Origin: Octopus vulgaris
Taxonomy: Eukaryota
Length of the DNA stretch: 64,000 nucleotides
Direction of reading: 5' to 3'
NCBI GenBank assembly: GCA_951406725.2
Contig: OX597817.1
Coordinates: forward strand, 127,968,001-128,032,000
A model generated the notes under the pieces. It had not been told where the DNA came from. It saw only the letters and a list, made by a program, of their open reading frames with translations, and searched no databases. Of this stretch, positions 27,022 to 40,769 are shown one piece after another (position 1 is the stretch's first letter; each line of letters opens with the position of its first letter). The position numbers and the translations under genes were made by a program.

Positions 27022-27022
<1 letters not shown>

Positions 27023-28938
27023 TAGCCATTAACAAAGTAGCACCAACAATCATAAAATTCATAGAGCACTCTATGAATAAATGGCAAACAGTCCTACACC
27101 TCCAAACAAAAGAGGGACTCATGAAAACCAAAGACATCCCCATTAGAAGAGGAATATTCCAGGGAGACACGCTCTCTCCACTCCTTTTCTGCTTGGCACT
27201 GTCACCTCTATCTGATATGCTAAATAGAACTGGATGCGGATATAAATGTTACGGCAAAACGATCAGCCACCTTTTATATATGGATGACCTAAAACTATAC
27301 GCTGCAAATGACAAACAGCTGGAAACACTATTAAAGACAGTTCATGGATTTACCAAAGAAATAGATATGAAATTTGGATTAGAAAAATGCGCCAAAGTAA
27401 CCATGAAAAGAGGAAAACTAGTTAAGAGTAACAACATCACACTAGATAAAACCAATGAAATAAAAGAATTAGACCAAAGCCAAACTTACAAATACTTAGG
27501 AATCCATGAACTAGATAAGACACAACACACACAAATGAAAGAGAAAATAAAAAAAGAATATTATAGACGAGTTAGATCAATACTAAACACAGAGCTCAAT
27601 GCTAAAAACAAGATAATAGGTATCAACACTTTAGCTGTCCCAGTTATAAGTTACAGCTACAATATCCTTAACTGGACACGAAATGAACTGACCAAAATAG
27701 ATAGGAAAACAAGAAAAATAATGACAGGATCTAGGATGCATCACCCAAAATCTGACATAGAAAGACTATATATACAACGTATGGAAGGTGGTAGAGGCCT
27801 TATACAACTGGAAAACTACTATAAAATAACCACCATAGGACTGCAAAAATATCTACTTCAGAAGGAAGGAAAACTGATCCAGATAGCGGCAAAACACGAG
27901 CAAAACAAAAAACTGTTCTCAGTATTTAAGGAAGCTGACAAATACAAACAAGAAATCATACCACCTAATAAACATGAAGAAGAAGAAGAAGATGAAGAAA
28001 CAACAAAAGCTATAAAACAAATGAAATCCAAACTAAAAACAGAACAGCAACGAACCATGATAAAACGATGGCAAGAAAAGCCCCTTCATGGTAAATACTG
28101 CACTAAACTAAACGCAAAAGAAATAGACAAAGAAAAATCCCAGCAATGGTTGAGAAGCTCAGGACTCAAAGCAGAAACAGAGGGATTTTTAATTGCAGCA
28201 CAAGACCAAAGCCTCCCCACCAGAAATTACCAAAAACATGTAATGAAAAGAAATATTACAAGTAACTGCAGAATATGTGGAGATGGACAAGAAACAATAA
28301 ATCATATTATCTCCAGCTGCCCAGTCCTGGCTAAGAAGGAATATATTCACAGACATGACAGAGTTGGAACCTACATACATTGGAAGCTATGCCAACATTA
28401 TGGAATAACAACAGAAAAAAGATGGTATAGGCACACACCAGAAAAGGTCACAGAAAACGAGAAAGCAACCATACTCTGGGATATGCCGATACACACAGAT
28501 AGAGAAATTAAGGCCAACAGACCAGATATAGTTGTCAGAGATCATGAAGAAAAAAATGCTTTTTAATTGATGTATCAATACCGGCAGATGACAACGTGTC
28601 TCTAAAAGAAATGGAGAAACTCTCAAAATACAAAGACCTGGAAATAGAGGTAACTAGAATGTGGAATCTGAAAACAGAAACAATTCCTATCATAGTAGGT
28701 GCATTAGGCATGATAAAAAAATATTCAGACAAATACATAACAAAAACACCAGGACTTACAAACACATATAACATACAGAAAATTGCACTACTAGGCACTG
28801 CCCACATCCTACGCAGAACACTTTCCATACAATAACCATCAGAGCATCACAACAAATCACAGCACATACCCAAGGCACACAGAGCTGCGCTCGGTAGTGA
28901 AGTGAAAGCACGCTATAAAAATAAAAATAAAACTACTG
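27022..28938 (+). mobile_element. 5'-truncated R4/Dong-like non-LTR retrotransposon (RT C-half, CCHC, RLE, 3' UTR), copy 2
   Basis: 497-aa ORF 27073-28566 with YMDD, GGRGL, CCHC, RHD, RPD; -1 frameshift in an A7 run near 28550 (A8 in copy 1); ORF resumes to the stop at 28835; 3' UTR ends in (TAA)n; (TAA)n also upstream. Confidence 0.96.
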
Positions 28939-28999
28939 AATAATAATAATAATGATAATAATAATGATAATGATAATAATGATAATGATAATAATAATG

Positions 29000-29078
<79 letters not shown>

Positions 29079-29732
29079 TGATGATAATAATAATAACTAT
29101 AGTCCATTGGAAAATAGAATTGAAAGCAAAGATGTTAACTGGGCAGAAGGGAGCATGTAAACCAACAAAAGAGTTTTCTACTGTTCCTTAAGGATCCTTT
29201 ATACATTACAAATATCCCCGCTTCTAAATAGAAGTGGATCTTTCACTGCAGATACTCGCAAGGTGACGGAAATCCTGGCCAATCAATATTTCCAACACTA
29301 GAAACTTAGAAACAGAATTTTCAACTTACTGTTCCATAGACAGAGAAGTAATACAACTCTTTGCTGCAAGGATTGCTATCGAATAATCTAGAAAAAAGGC
29401 CATAACAGCTACCCACAACTGCATACAAAGATATATAGATGTGTACGTGCGTGTCTGATTGTGAGCTTCTATGTGTGTGTGTGTGCACGCATACGTGTGT
29501 GTACACCTGTGTATGCGCACATACGTGTATGTGTTTGCGTGAGCAAAAATGTGTATATGTGTACCGGTCGAATTTATTGTTAATTTACAGAAACAACAAC
29601 GCGGCGCATTAGCAGAGTCGTTAATACACCGGGGAAATGATTGAGTACTGGGCTTCACAGAATCGACTTACCCACTCCTTCAAAATTTCTGACTTTGTGC
29701 TAAAATTTGAAACCAATTTACTGAAAATAGCA

Positions 29733-29945
29733 AGGCAGTGAGCTGGCAAATCTCTTAATACATCAGGGAAAATACTTAGTGACATTCCGTTCATCTGCAT
29801 GTCCTGAGTTCATATTTTGGCCCAGGTCGATTTTGCCTTTCATCCTTTCGGAGTCGATAAAAATTACCAGCTGAACACTGGGGTCGATGTAATTGGCTTT
29901 GCTCCTACCCTGAAATAGTTGGAATTGTGCCAAAATTTAAAACCA
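29733..29945 (+). mobile_element. SINE family A
   Basis: ggcagtgagctggca...gagttcatatt...gcctttcatcctttcggagtcgataaaa. Confidence 0.8.
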
Positions 29946-30388
29946 GTTTACATTAAACAACATAATATTTCCTGATAATGGGTTTTTATATTTTTAGTAA
30001 TGCAAAATTTATTAATCATAAATTGATTTATGAATTGCTTAAGGCTCACGATTCGTCTTAAAGGTTGTTCGACCCATTAGGAATTCGACAGGTTGAATAA
30101 ATTCTAGATGCAAACTTCGAAGGAGGTGACGCCATAATATTGTATTATAATTATTTTGGCTGATCCAATGGAAAAAGGTATTACAATTATAACAACGCAG
30201 ACGGAATTTTCCTTGAAGATGATACACTGAGAGTATACACGTACTAAAGATGGATTCAAAAACATCAGTTTTCTGCAACAAGTAAAATACAGGTACGAAA
30301 ATAACTTTGTTAGAAAATTATATCTAGGAAAATGTAACTAGAACACAGTCATGTTTAACACATGTTTAACGACGCTGATTCGCTGGCA

Positions 30389-30464
<76 letters not shown>

Positions 30465-30560
30465 TAATGCGCGTAGAAATTGATATCAATGAATTAACAT
30501 CAATTTAAACCAGTGGTCTAGCATATTAAAAAAAATATCCGAAGATTTAAAAATCAGATA

Positions 30561-30735
30561 ACAGTTAATAAGAGGATTGAACACTAAAGTGGATTCTTAT
30601 ATGCTAGAGATAGTCGTCAAATTGCTTACCACGAAGAGTGTATTCTTGAGAACACACTCCTCATGGTAAAGCGATTTGTCGTCTATCTTTAGCATATAGG
30701 AATCCACTTTAGTGGTCATTACTCCTATTAATTGT
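30561..30735. repeat. ~175-bp imperfect palindrome inside a TA-flanked element
   Basis: cactaaagtggattcttatatgcta...tagcatataggaatccactttagtg, centre ~30647. Confidence 0.85.
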
Positions 30736-30790
30736 AATATATATAAACACGTATATATATGCATGTGTGTATGTATGATTGTATGTATGC

Positions 30791-30825
<35 letters not shown>

Positions 30826-31672
30826 TGTATGTGTGTATGTATGTATGTATGTATGTATGTATGTATGTATGTATATGTATGTAAATGAAAAATACATATG
30901 TAAACATGGACGATGACAAACTAAAAAACAAATACCGAAGTCCAAAAGCAAATAAACAGAACAGAAAAATGCCCTGAACAAAATATAAAAAAGTACACAC
31001 ATCCGCTTGTGATCTCTATATAAAATAATATTTGAACTGTGATCAAATACGATGCTTCTAAACTATCTTTCTTATCTTCGATAAATTGATTTCCTTTACA
31101 CACCATTGCGCTGTAGTTTACACTTCAATGCTTCCATCAAACCACATCTAATACTTAAAAGTTTCAATGTGCTACAAATATTTTCTAATTGACTGATTGC
31201 CAGATTGAGAGAAAATGATGATAGTGTAGTGCGTTAATTTCAATAGCTTCGTATTTGCATAAAATATTCGCAGCTGATTGAGCCGATAGCTTAGCAAATC
31301 CTTTTCTCTTATAATACACAAGGATCTCTACGACCGATGAAAAATGCCAAATTTTCTTTTATAACCTTAAGGGGATACAAAAAAAACAAAAGTGTCAGCT
31401 AGTGAGTCGGTTAGCTATTGTCATTAGCCCGATAAACTCTTGTATACGATAAAAGTCTCAGCTCGTATGCTACGGGAAGAAAAGCCATTGTGCTTTCCAC
31501 AAATCCTTCGCTGGAAAGACAAGACGGTGCTGTCAAATATCTATAGGCAGCTCTGAGAATAGCTGATTCAAGTCATACTGTTTTGTTATACCATTCTACC
31601 TAACAGCATTATGTAAAGTTTACATTTGAGTACAATTTACACCCTCATACAATACAGTGGATCGTCCTTTCA

Positions 31673-31728
<56 letters not shown>

Positions 31729-31737
31729 TATATTTAT

Positions 31738-31785
<48 letters not shown>

Positions 31786-31901
31786 TATATATCATATATT
31801 TATACACATATATAGATAGAGAGATACATATACATACATATCTATGTATCTATATATCTATATCTATATATATATATATATATATATCATATATTTATAC
31901 A

Positions 31902-31988
<87 letters not shown>

Positions 31989-33479
31989 ATGTATGTATTA
32001 TATATCATATATTTATACACATATATAGATAGAGAGATACATATACATACATATCTATGTGTATATACACACACCCATATACATACGTGTTTATATAGAT
32101 AGATAGATAAACACATACATATACATGCACACACATATCTATGAATGTGTGCGTGTGTGTGTGTAACGAAGAATGTACTCAATAGTAGAACAAACATGAG
32201 CAAGCACTAATAAAAGGATAAAAGGGCATAAATCCGTTAGGTGCGTCGCTGAAAACTAAAACGGTTATTATCAAAATGCAATAACAAAAGACAGAGATGT
32301 TAATTCCTAGAGCGTCGATGTTGAGAGTATAAAGTCAGAACCTGGAAAATTTCCAACTAAGTTGTAAAATATGCAAGAAGCGTCAAATCTGCTGATATAA
32401 TCCTCTGCTAGCAAATAATATTAAGACGTTAATTACGAACGTCTGTTATTAATTGTTGAATGGAAATTCTGCCCTTCAACTTTCATCACAAATATTACGA
32501 AATTTTTAAAGGGAAGACTATTAAAGTGTCATATTCTGTTAAGCCTAGCCTCGAAGGAATTAAAACCAGCCTCAGACAGAAAAAAAATTATAAAACATTT
32601 TAACTGGTTAGTACTTAGCCCACAGTCTCATATGAATTCCTATTATTCTAGGCCTAAATCTAAAATCCACACAAGAAATACCGGTAGGACGAAACGCATG
32701 AAAGTACTATCTTAAAATACTCTAAACATGGCTAACGTTGAAATTGATAACCTCATTATAAATACTTCTGCTAAGACTAATCGATATCTTCACAGCCTCA
32801 TAGCTACAGCAAAGGTCTTCCATTGTCCAAGTGATGTAAGAAATGTGTAAGGAAAATTTAGTGCAGCCATATCAAAGTTTTAAGTCCCACATTCAAGCAA
32901 GGTTTGTAGATATTTTTAGTGGCTTCATAGAGTAATCGTATAAGAAAGTTTATCCAGTGCAAGTGCAGAGATTTTTTTTATTAAAACACATTTCTTATTT
33001 GCGAGATTTGAATCGTTATATTACATCATCAAATGTCCTCACATGCCTCTCACAACCTTCATATGAAGGAACTTCCACAAGCAAACTAGATTACATTGTA
33101 TACTATTAAGTATTTTACCAACTCTTTTCGATAAAATACTTTCCGCAATAAACGTATACTTCATTTTAATGGATCAGAAGAATCTATAAGATGTCGCACG
33201 ATCACTCTGTTCTGGATGCAATATAGTTGAAGCAATTTTAAGCTAATGAAGTCATTACGCAACTTTCATTCTTATATCAATCACTATTAATATTACGCAC
33301 TATAGCAACTAGTTATTGGTGTCGCTATGCTTAAGTGCAGTCATAAATTATAACACACACACATATACAGCTGACTACACACACACACACACAAACATAT
33401 ATATATATATATATATGAAAACACATGTGTGTCTGGGTGTGAGTTTTTATCTATGTGCGGTGCGTGCATATATATACAA

Positions 33480-33559
<80 letters not shown>

Positions 33560-33575
33560 TTTTTATATATGTATA

Positions 33576-33689
33576 TAGTGTGTAATATCTTGTAATATCC
33601 TTGACCCTTAATGTAAATTTCGGTACCCTGGTAACTATTTATTTTTCCGTGTTATTTGTACACATTGAAAAAAAGGCATATACATTTGT

Positions 33690-33735
<46 letters not shown>

Positions 33736-33875
33736 CGTGTGTGTTTGTGTGTGTGTGTTTATATATATAGTGTGTAATATCTTGTAATATCCTTGACCCT
33801 TAAAGGTAAATTTCGCTACCCTGGTAACCATTTTTCCGTGTTATTTGTACACATTGGAAAAATGCACATACATTT
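33576..33875 (+). repeat. Local direct duplication (~110-bp unique unit x2) separated by microsatellite
   Basis: tagtgtgtaatatcttgtaatatccttgaccctta...gttatttgtacacattg occurs at ~33576 and ~33768. Confidence 0.9.
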
Positions 33876-33929
<54 letters not shown>

Positions 33930-33932
<3 letters not shown>

Positions 33933-34323
33933 CGCAGGAGTGGCTGTGTGGTAACTAGCTTGCTTACCAACCACATGGTTCCGGGTTCATTCCCACTGTG
34001 TGGCACCTTGGTCAAGTGTCTTCTACTATAGCCTCGGGCCGACCAAAGCCTTGTGAGTGGATTTGGTAGACGGAAACTGGAAGAAACCCGTCGTATATAT
34101 GTATATATATGTGTATATATGTATATGTTTGTCCCCCCACCATTGCTTGACAACCGATGGTGGTGAGTTTACGTCCCGTAACTTAGCGGTTCAGCAAAAG
34201 AAACTGATAGAATAAGTACTAGGCTTACAAAGAATAAGTCCTGGGGTCGATTTACTCGACTAGAAGGCGGTGCTCCAGCATGGCCGCAGTCAAATGACTG
34301 AAACAAGTAAAAGAGTAAAAGAG
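33930..34323 (+). mobile_element. tRNA-derived SINE family B (CORE-like), full length
   Basis: ggcgcaggagtggctgtgtggtaa (A box), gggttcattccc (B box), accttggtcaagtgtc (CORE-like), internal (TA)n, tail gtaaaagagtaaaagag. Confidence 0.88.
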
Positions 34324-35269
34324 TATATATATATATACATATGTAAGTATGTATGTATGTATATACATTTCACTGACTCATTTTCTGTAGCATGTAAAAA
34401 CAACTGAAATCCAGCCCTATACTTTTTTAAGATACGAAGAGAAAAGAAGATAACTGTTGAAATGGCGTTGAAAACTGAACTGCTTGAACAGGCCTGCACT
34501 GGGGCTAAACACCAATAGATAATGCTTTTCTGTATGTTTTAAATATTATTTTCATTGCTACCTGACGCTATATGCCCATACCAACCTATGCAGAGATATA
34601 TGTTTGATGTTCAGAAATGCTGGATGACATCATGTAATGTACTCTCGTTCTTTTATCTCACAACGATCATGCGTAATTTATTGAATATTTAATAAGAGAA
34701 AAGTTAAAAAGAGATGGACATTTTATCTGAGTGAAGGATATACATGTGTGTGAGCATGCATGTGTGTATGTGCGAGCACGTAGGCGTGCGTGTTTCTAGT
34801 TAGATCTAAATAAATACTGAAAGGATTCATTATTGAGAGTAAAATAAAGAGTGAATCTGCCGCTCAGCGTGTGTTTTATCTACATGAAGTTTGTTACATT
34901 TAATTTTTCCTTGAATTTCAAAATGCATTTTCCATGTCCCAAACGTGTGTTACTCCAAATTTATGGAACCAGCTCTAGATGGCTGACAGCTAAAGTACAA
35001 CAGCAAACGAATAGAGTGCGGTTCGATCAAATAAAAACAGGTCTAACAAACAGAAGGCAATGTCACCTCATGAACTTCAATGAAGACAAAAACAATATAT
35101 AACTCTGCCAGGAAGAACAAACGAGCCAAGAAAATAATTAGCTTGCAGCAGAAACTCCGGAGTAGATATAAGAGACTGAGTCAGTTTTTATCACTGCTGA
35201 CGTATTTCATTATAGGCAATTTTGAAGTATGTTTCTCCTACAAAGATAAGAGCCTTGACAACCACTGAG

Positions 35270-35900
35270 GAGGTGTGTCATTACAGCCATCACAGAATAA
35301 TGTTATTACAACCACCATTTAGCTGTTTCAACAAAACCAGTACTGTTATGTATGTAAAATGAACCATTGCAACCACTGCTATTTTGTTTCATTGATATTC
35401 ACTCCAAAGGTTTATCATCACAACTACCCCTAAGCTCTTTTATTATAATCACCACAGATTAGTGTCAGTACAAAGGCTTCTAAAACTCGTTACATTCAAC
35501 AATGAATGTTTCATTACGACTACAAGAAAGCTTTTGTCATTACAACCATCCAGAAGCTATTTCATTGCAACTATCACTGACCTTTGTCATAACCAGCTAT
35601 CATTGAGATGTTATAACAACCACTTGCATAATATCACAGCACAATCAATACTAACATGTATCATTAAAACAACGTTGAGGTGTTTCATTACAAACATTAT
35701 TGAGTTATGTCAGTACAACCACCTCTTCATGTGTTGAACATATCTAACATTGAGCTGAACTTTGTCATTACAAACACTGATCAATGATATTACAGACAGG
35801 AACAATGTGCATTATTTAAACCACTACTGGCTTTGTCAAAGTAACAACTGCTAAGATATCACTGCAACCAATGCTGAGCTTTTGCATGAAAACCAATGTA
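35270..35900. repeat. Degenerate ~25-bp tandem repeat (approx. tgtcattacaaccactactgagct)
   Basis: Motif recurs at ~35534, 35560, 35585, 35609 and through the interval. Confidence 0.65.
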
Positions 35901-36270
35901 CTGAGTCATAACTTTCGGCTTTCTCGTAGATTTTCATAAGTATCATTTATTTTAAAGTAGCTTCTCTGTATGCTTATTTAAACTTTTTGTAATAAATGTC
36001 CCATGTTTTTTTTAATAATTACTCCGATACCTTCTATAATTCATTTTTTATTAGCTTTAAAGACACGTATATAATATATGCGAAAGCGTTATATATTTAT
36101 ATATAAGCGCAGCCGGGGTATATAGGTAAGAAATTTGCTTCCCAACCCCATGGTTGCAGATTCAGTCTCATTGCGTAGAAACTTGGGAAATCAAAGCTTT
36201 GTGAGTGGATTTGATTGATGAAAATGTCTGTGAGTGCCATTTAGTTTGTGTTAGTCACCCACCACCTCTT

Positions 36271-36370
36271 NNNNNNNNNNNNNNNNNNNNNNNNNNNNNN
36301 NNNNNNNNNNNNNNNNNNNNNNNNNNNNNNNNNNNNNNNNNNNNNNNNNNNNNNNNNNNNNNNNNNNNNN
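36271..36370. other. Assembly gap (100 N)
   Basis: Run of n; preceded by a partial family B SINE (~36106-36270). Confidence 1.
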
Positions 36371-39222
36371 GTGTGTGAACAAACGAAGGACATAGGGTTA
36401 AGAATATACATATGCATGTATACAAAGGTGCACGAGATGGCAGAATCGTTGGGACGCCATGATCGAATAGTTTTATGATTAATGGGCGTTCTAGCTATGA
36501 CCATCCTCTTCTCTTTTATATATCACAAACTATATTGTGGAATTTATCCCCATAGAGGCTGTCACGTTGGCTCCTGATTCAACCTGATGATGATGTAATT
36601 TTCATTGTAAACTGTACTAGGCCGGTGGCATTGACGAGACGTTCCTTGTCTTGCGATACTTAGTTATATTCTTCTCCCAGAAGTAAAGCTCTATCTCATT
36701 CACCAGCAGTGTTTAGGATTTCCTATTATCTGTCTACTTAATTTCAAGTTTTAGCAACCATGGCTCAGACCATGATGGAGCACAAGCTTAAGATTAGCTA
36801 TTCTATTGCTTTTTTTTTTGCTTTTTCAAACTGCTTGTTAGATATGTAGGTTCACTCTAGATAGATTCAGTCTGCATCATTCAACATTTAAAAAAAAAAC
36901 TTCGGAATCATTTTGTATTGTAATCTTTCATGATTAGTGTTTTTGAAGATGCTTTTAACCATATATCGGATATGATTAAAGATGTACAGATAACAACTAG
37001 AATGTATTCATGCTTGAAGTATCTAATGTGTTTAAGTCGTTATGCTATGATATGAAGGAAATATTTTACTGTCATTTTTAGAAAGTAAAACGAGTATGTT
37101 CAGGTTCACTCGTTGGATTTTCTTTTTTAATAACTGGGAGCGGGAATTGATCTCATGATCCTAAATTTACACGATGATCTTCTAACTTCCTAACAACAGA
37201 GAATTTACAAAGTGCATGTCACTATTAAAAGTTTTGTCAATTGATTATAACCCTGTCCTTAATTGATTTTGGTTGTCTGTGTTCTACGTCAGTTATGGCC
37301 GAAATGACATATGATAAAAATTTTCCAATCGTGAGCAAATTTCATTTTTTACATATTCAGGATTATCTTCCTTGTGTGTCCTTCCTTTATTTTACGCCGC
37401 AGGATGCGATTTTAGAATGATTTTGATGTGATTTCTAGTAGTTAATACACTTCCTCTCAACGGCTCAACGTGTGTGTAGTCTTGTACTGATATCAACCGT
37501 TTTCTATTCTCGAGACGAGAACATTGCAGCAGATAAGAAATCGCGATTGGCAGACCAGTATTCTATATCTTTGGTTATTTTGTTTCAATGAAACTATAAT
37601 TAAGTCACTACCACGACTTATTCTTGTCTTAGAACTAGAAAGTAAACTTATTATACATAGTTATATATGTTTCTTTATTCATTAATTTCGTCGTTTATTC
37701 AATCGATCAATTAATTGCCGCTATTTCAAATATCCGTCTAGCTAATTTAGTTTTTTACTTGATACAATTGATTTTCATAGCGATGGCATATGTTTTTTTA
37801 TTATTTTTGTGTGTGTTATTGTTATTGTAGTTGTTGTTGTTGTAGCTTTTGTTGTTATTCTTTTAGCTCTTTAGATTAGATTAGTAAGAAAATGTTTGGT
37901 CTTAATGTCAAATAAAACAGTTTAAACTCATTAGGAAGGTTGTTTATTTTCGTTGTTGTTATGTTTCTTTTGTCATACTTGCTACTTCTTTATACTTAAA
38001 ATGTGTTAGTACCATAATACGGCTGGTAATTGTGTTGCAGAATTCAATATATACCAGAGATAGCACCATAGATGCTTAATGATATTAGAGGCATGACTGT
38101 TGCTAATCGCTAGTTGAACACTGTATCATCAGCATCACCTATTATCATCCTAACTACTACAAACATCTCATTCAACCATCAAAGAATTAGGTGGTCGCCA
38201 TTATTATCATATTTGTTATGTTTTTTTTTTTAAATGAGTGAGCGATTGAGTGAGAGAGTGAGTGAGTGAGTGAGTGAGCGAGCGAGTGTTTTGTATGTCA
38301 GAAACTACAGAAGGTAGAAAGTTTAAATTCTTTTATCTATATCTGGACAAAATAAAAAGAAATAAATTATTTTTATATATTTCTGCACTTTTCTTAAATT
38401 ATTTGGTTCTTACACACACTTTTCCTTTGTTAACATCTCATAGGTGGTGCAATCTATTGGTTATATGAAAAATGAACTGGAGACAGAGATGACCAAAACT
38501 GCAAGAATGGAATTTGATGGATGATAACTAGAAACTTTCTTATTCTTAGTTGGTAGAGTTAATCCATCAACCGGTTTAACGTTACCAGCAGACCCTTGGG
38601 TGCCTTTAGCAAATCCACTCTGTTGTAAATATACAGGACAAATCTGCTGTTTGTGAATGCTCATTTCTCTTTCCCTTACCAGTCATAGAAGAACTATAAA
38701 TAATCACAGATGCTGCTCTTCCTCTGCTAAATAAGCCTTTAAAATTATACACAATCGTTTGTATCTATTTGTTGCAACATTTGTAGAGTAATTACGTATC
38801 ATATGTCTAGAAATGCACCTTATTTTGTTTTCATTTCTTGAAGTTTGGGTTTCTATTCAGTCAATTTTTTCCGTTTAGGTAACAGTCACAGGATACTGAA
38901 CGTAGTCATTCGTTGTTCTTGTAGTCAAGCCACATGTCAGCACCAGCAGGAATAATTCCTCGAGCTGAAGTCGTTTCATTTCTCATCACATTATTGTGAT
39001 TCTTGAAAAGCACTATAAACACCACACTAGGTTACACTAGGTTATTCCTTAAATCACTCAACATTAAAACTTCTTAAAAGATATTTCTCCAATATTTAAG
39101 GAAGCTATACTAAAAGACTTGTAGTTCACCAGAGCATACTCATAACACAGTCTAAAACGAGTAGATGGTTCCTGTCTCAGAAAAGCATTACATATTTTTA
39201 GAACTGAAAATAACCGAGCAAG

Positions 39223-39245
39223 TAGGGTTAGGGTTAGGGTTAGGG
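39223..39245 (+). repeat. Short interstitial (TTAGGG)n, ~4 units
   Basis: tagggttagggttagggttaggg. Confidence 0.9.
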
Positions 39246-39752
39246 ACAACTGTCCTGTCCAAGGAGTCAATATTTCTGCTTCCAGTTGCCAGTTCTATGC
39301 AGTATCTAATGACAACTCTCAATAGGCCCAATACAACTATCTGTAACTCTATAAATAAACAATAAGTCCGGTGTCATTTGTAACATCTTGTTAACTGATT
39401 CGTTAACAAGGCACCAAACCTGATGTTGGAACTTTATAATACTGAGTGTTATTCTTGATCGCTCCATATGGCCCACAACTAATCAAATAACACGCCGTGT
39501 TTCATGATAAACAAGTATGTGCTTCCTATTCATAGATAGATCGAGTGAGAATATTAATAGTTAAGTTACTTGGAGAGTTCACTTCCGGACTCTCTCACTC
39601 TGTGAGAGTTTCACTTCGAATCGCACGTGTCTCGAATGGGCTGGAAAATTTCTGTTTTGGATATATTTGGGGTACTTAATTGTGCTCATGACTTAGTGTT
39701 TGCTTCTTCCATGGGTATAAGTAAGTATTTCATTTATTTCTTTTCCCGCGAT

Positions 39753-39805
39753 TATCACTGACGAAGGGAGGGTTCTTATGAACTAACCCTGAAATCGGTC
39801 CGATA
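39753..39805 (+). ncRNA. Minimal type I hammerhead ribozyme candidate
   Basis: tatca CTGACGA aggg-agggttc-ttat-gaactaa-ccct GAAA tcgg TC cgata. Confidence 0.6.
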
Positions 39806-40519
39806 TGGTAATAACGGAATTTTAAAGAAATTTCTGTCGACCTTTTTCGAGTAGCGTGCTTATTTGTGATAAATTATATGGTTATGGACAATGTGTTTAA
39901 TTTCGGCATGTTTGGCATTAGACATGTTTTCGTTTGCCCTTATTTATAAGTTGTTTATATATCTATATATATTTAAAGAAGGGTATGCACTGCTAGAATA
40001 ATTGCTATTGTTCATAGAAGTTTCAATCAGTACAAATTACAAGTAACAATTATGGAAACACTTATTTCAATCCTTATAAAACCTAAATATAGATGTGGAG
40101 GAAAAACAATCAAAGATATTGATTATCACATCTGTCAAGGATAGCAAAAATTTCACTTATCAAATTCTATAGATATTGATTACTTGGTATGGTACAGGTT
40201 CAGAAAAATCTCACATAGAAATATATTATACTGAATTTTCCCTGGTATATAATAGGTATTTATTTCAATGATTGAGAATTAACAGCAAATTAAACTTTAG
40301 CAGGATGTAAGCTAAGGACACAAATGGATTAAATCACAATAAACGTCATTAGAGAAGTGGAACATTTTCGATTACGAAGCTTAATAAGAACAATTATTAA
40401 CAGACGTACAAGGTAACACGTTTTGTTAATAGTCGTAGTAATTGATTGATTAGTTCCTATTTCAATTCATCGACAAAGTAGGAGGGCAAATACGACAAAC
40501 TTCGTGAGATATAAACATG

Positions 40520-40600
40520 TAAGAGGGTGTGCTGAAAAGTTTCAGGCTTTGGGTAAAAGAAAATACAAGAGGATCGCTTAATTATGGCTTTATATATCTC
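40520..40600 (+). mobile_element. Possible mariner-type terminal inverted repeat remnant
   Basis: gagggtgtgctgaaaagtttcaggcttt resembles Tc1/mariner TIR starts; no partner end seen. Confidence 0.35.
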
Positions 40601-40669
40601 CCTCTCCATTTTCCCCTTCGTAACATGGTTCAAAGAAACTATATGTTTGTACACACATGCACAAACACG

Positions 40670-40722
<53 letters not shown>

Positions 40723-40736
40723 GTATATATATATAT

Positions 40737-40769
<33 letters not shown>

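Noticed and set aside
29110-29320. Possible CR1-like fragment right after the LINE tail
   Set aside because: Only a faint 'PLLNRSGSFT' resemblance; too decayed to support
32230-33300. Possible very old LINE remnant
   Set aside because: Scattered motif-like words but no frame or motif set I can support
38440-38700. Possible exon after tctcatag
   Set aside because: All frames close quickly, with no convincing donor or homology
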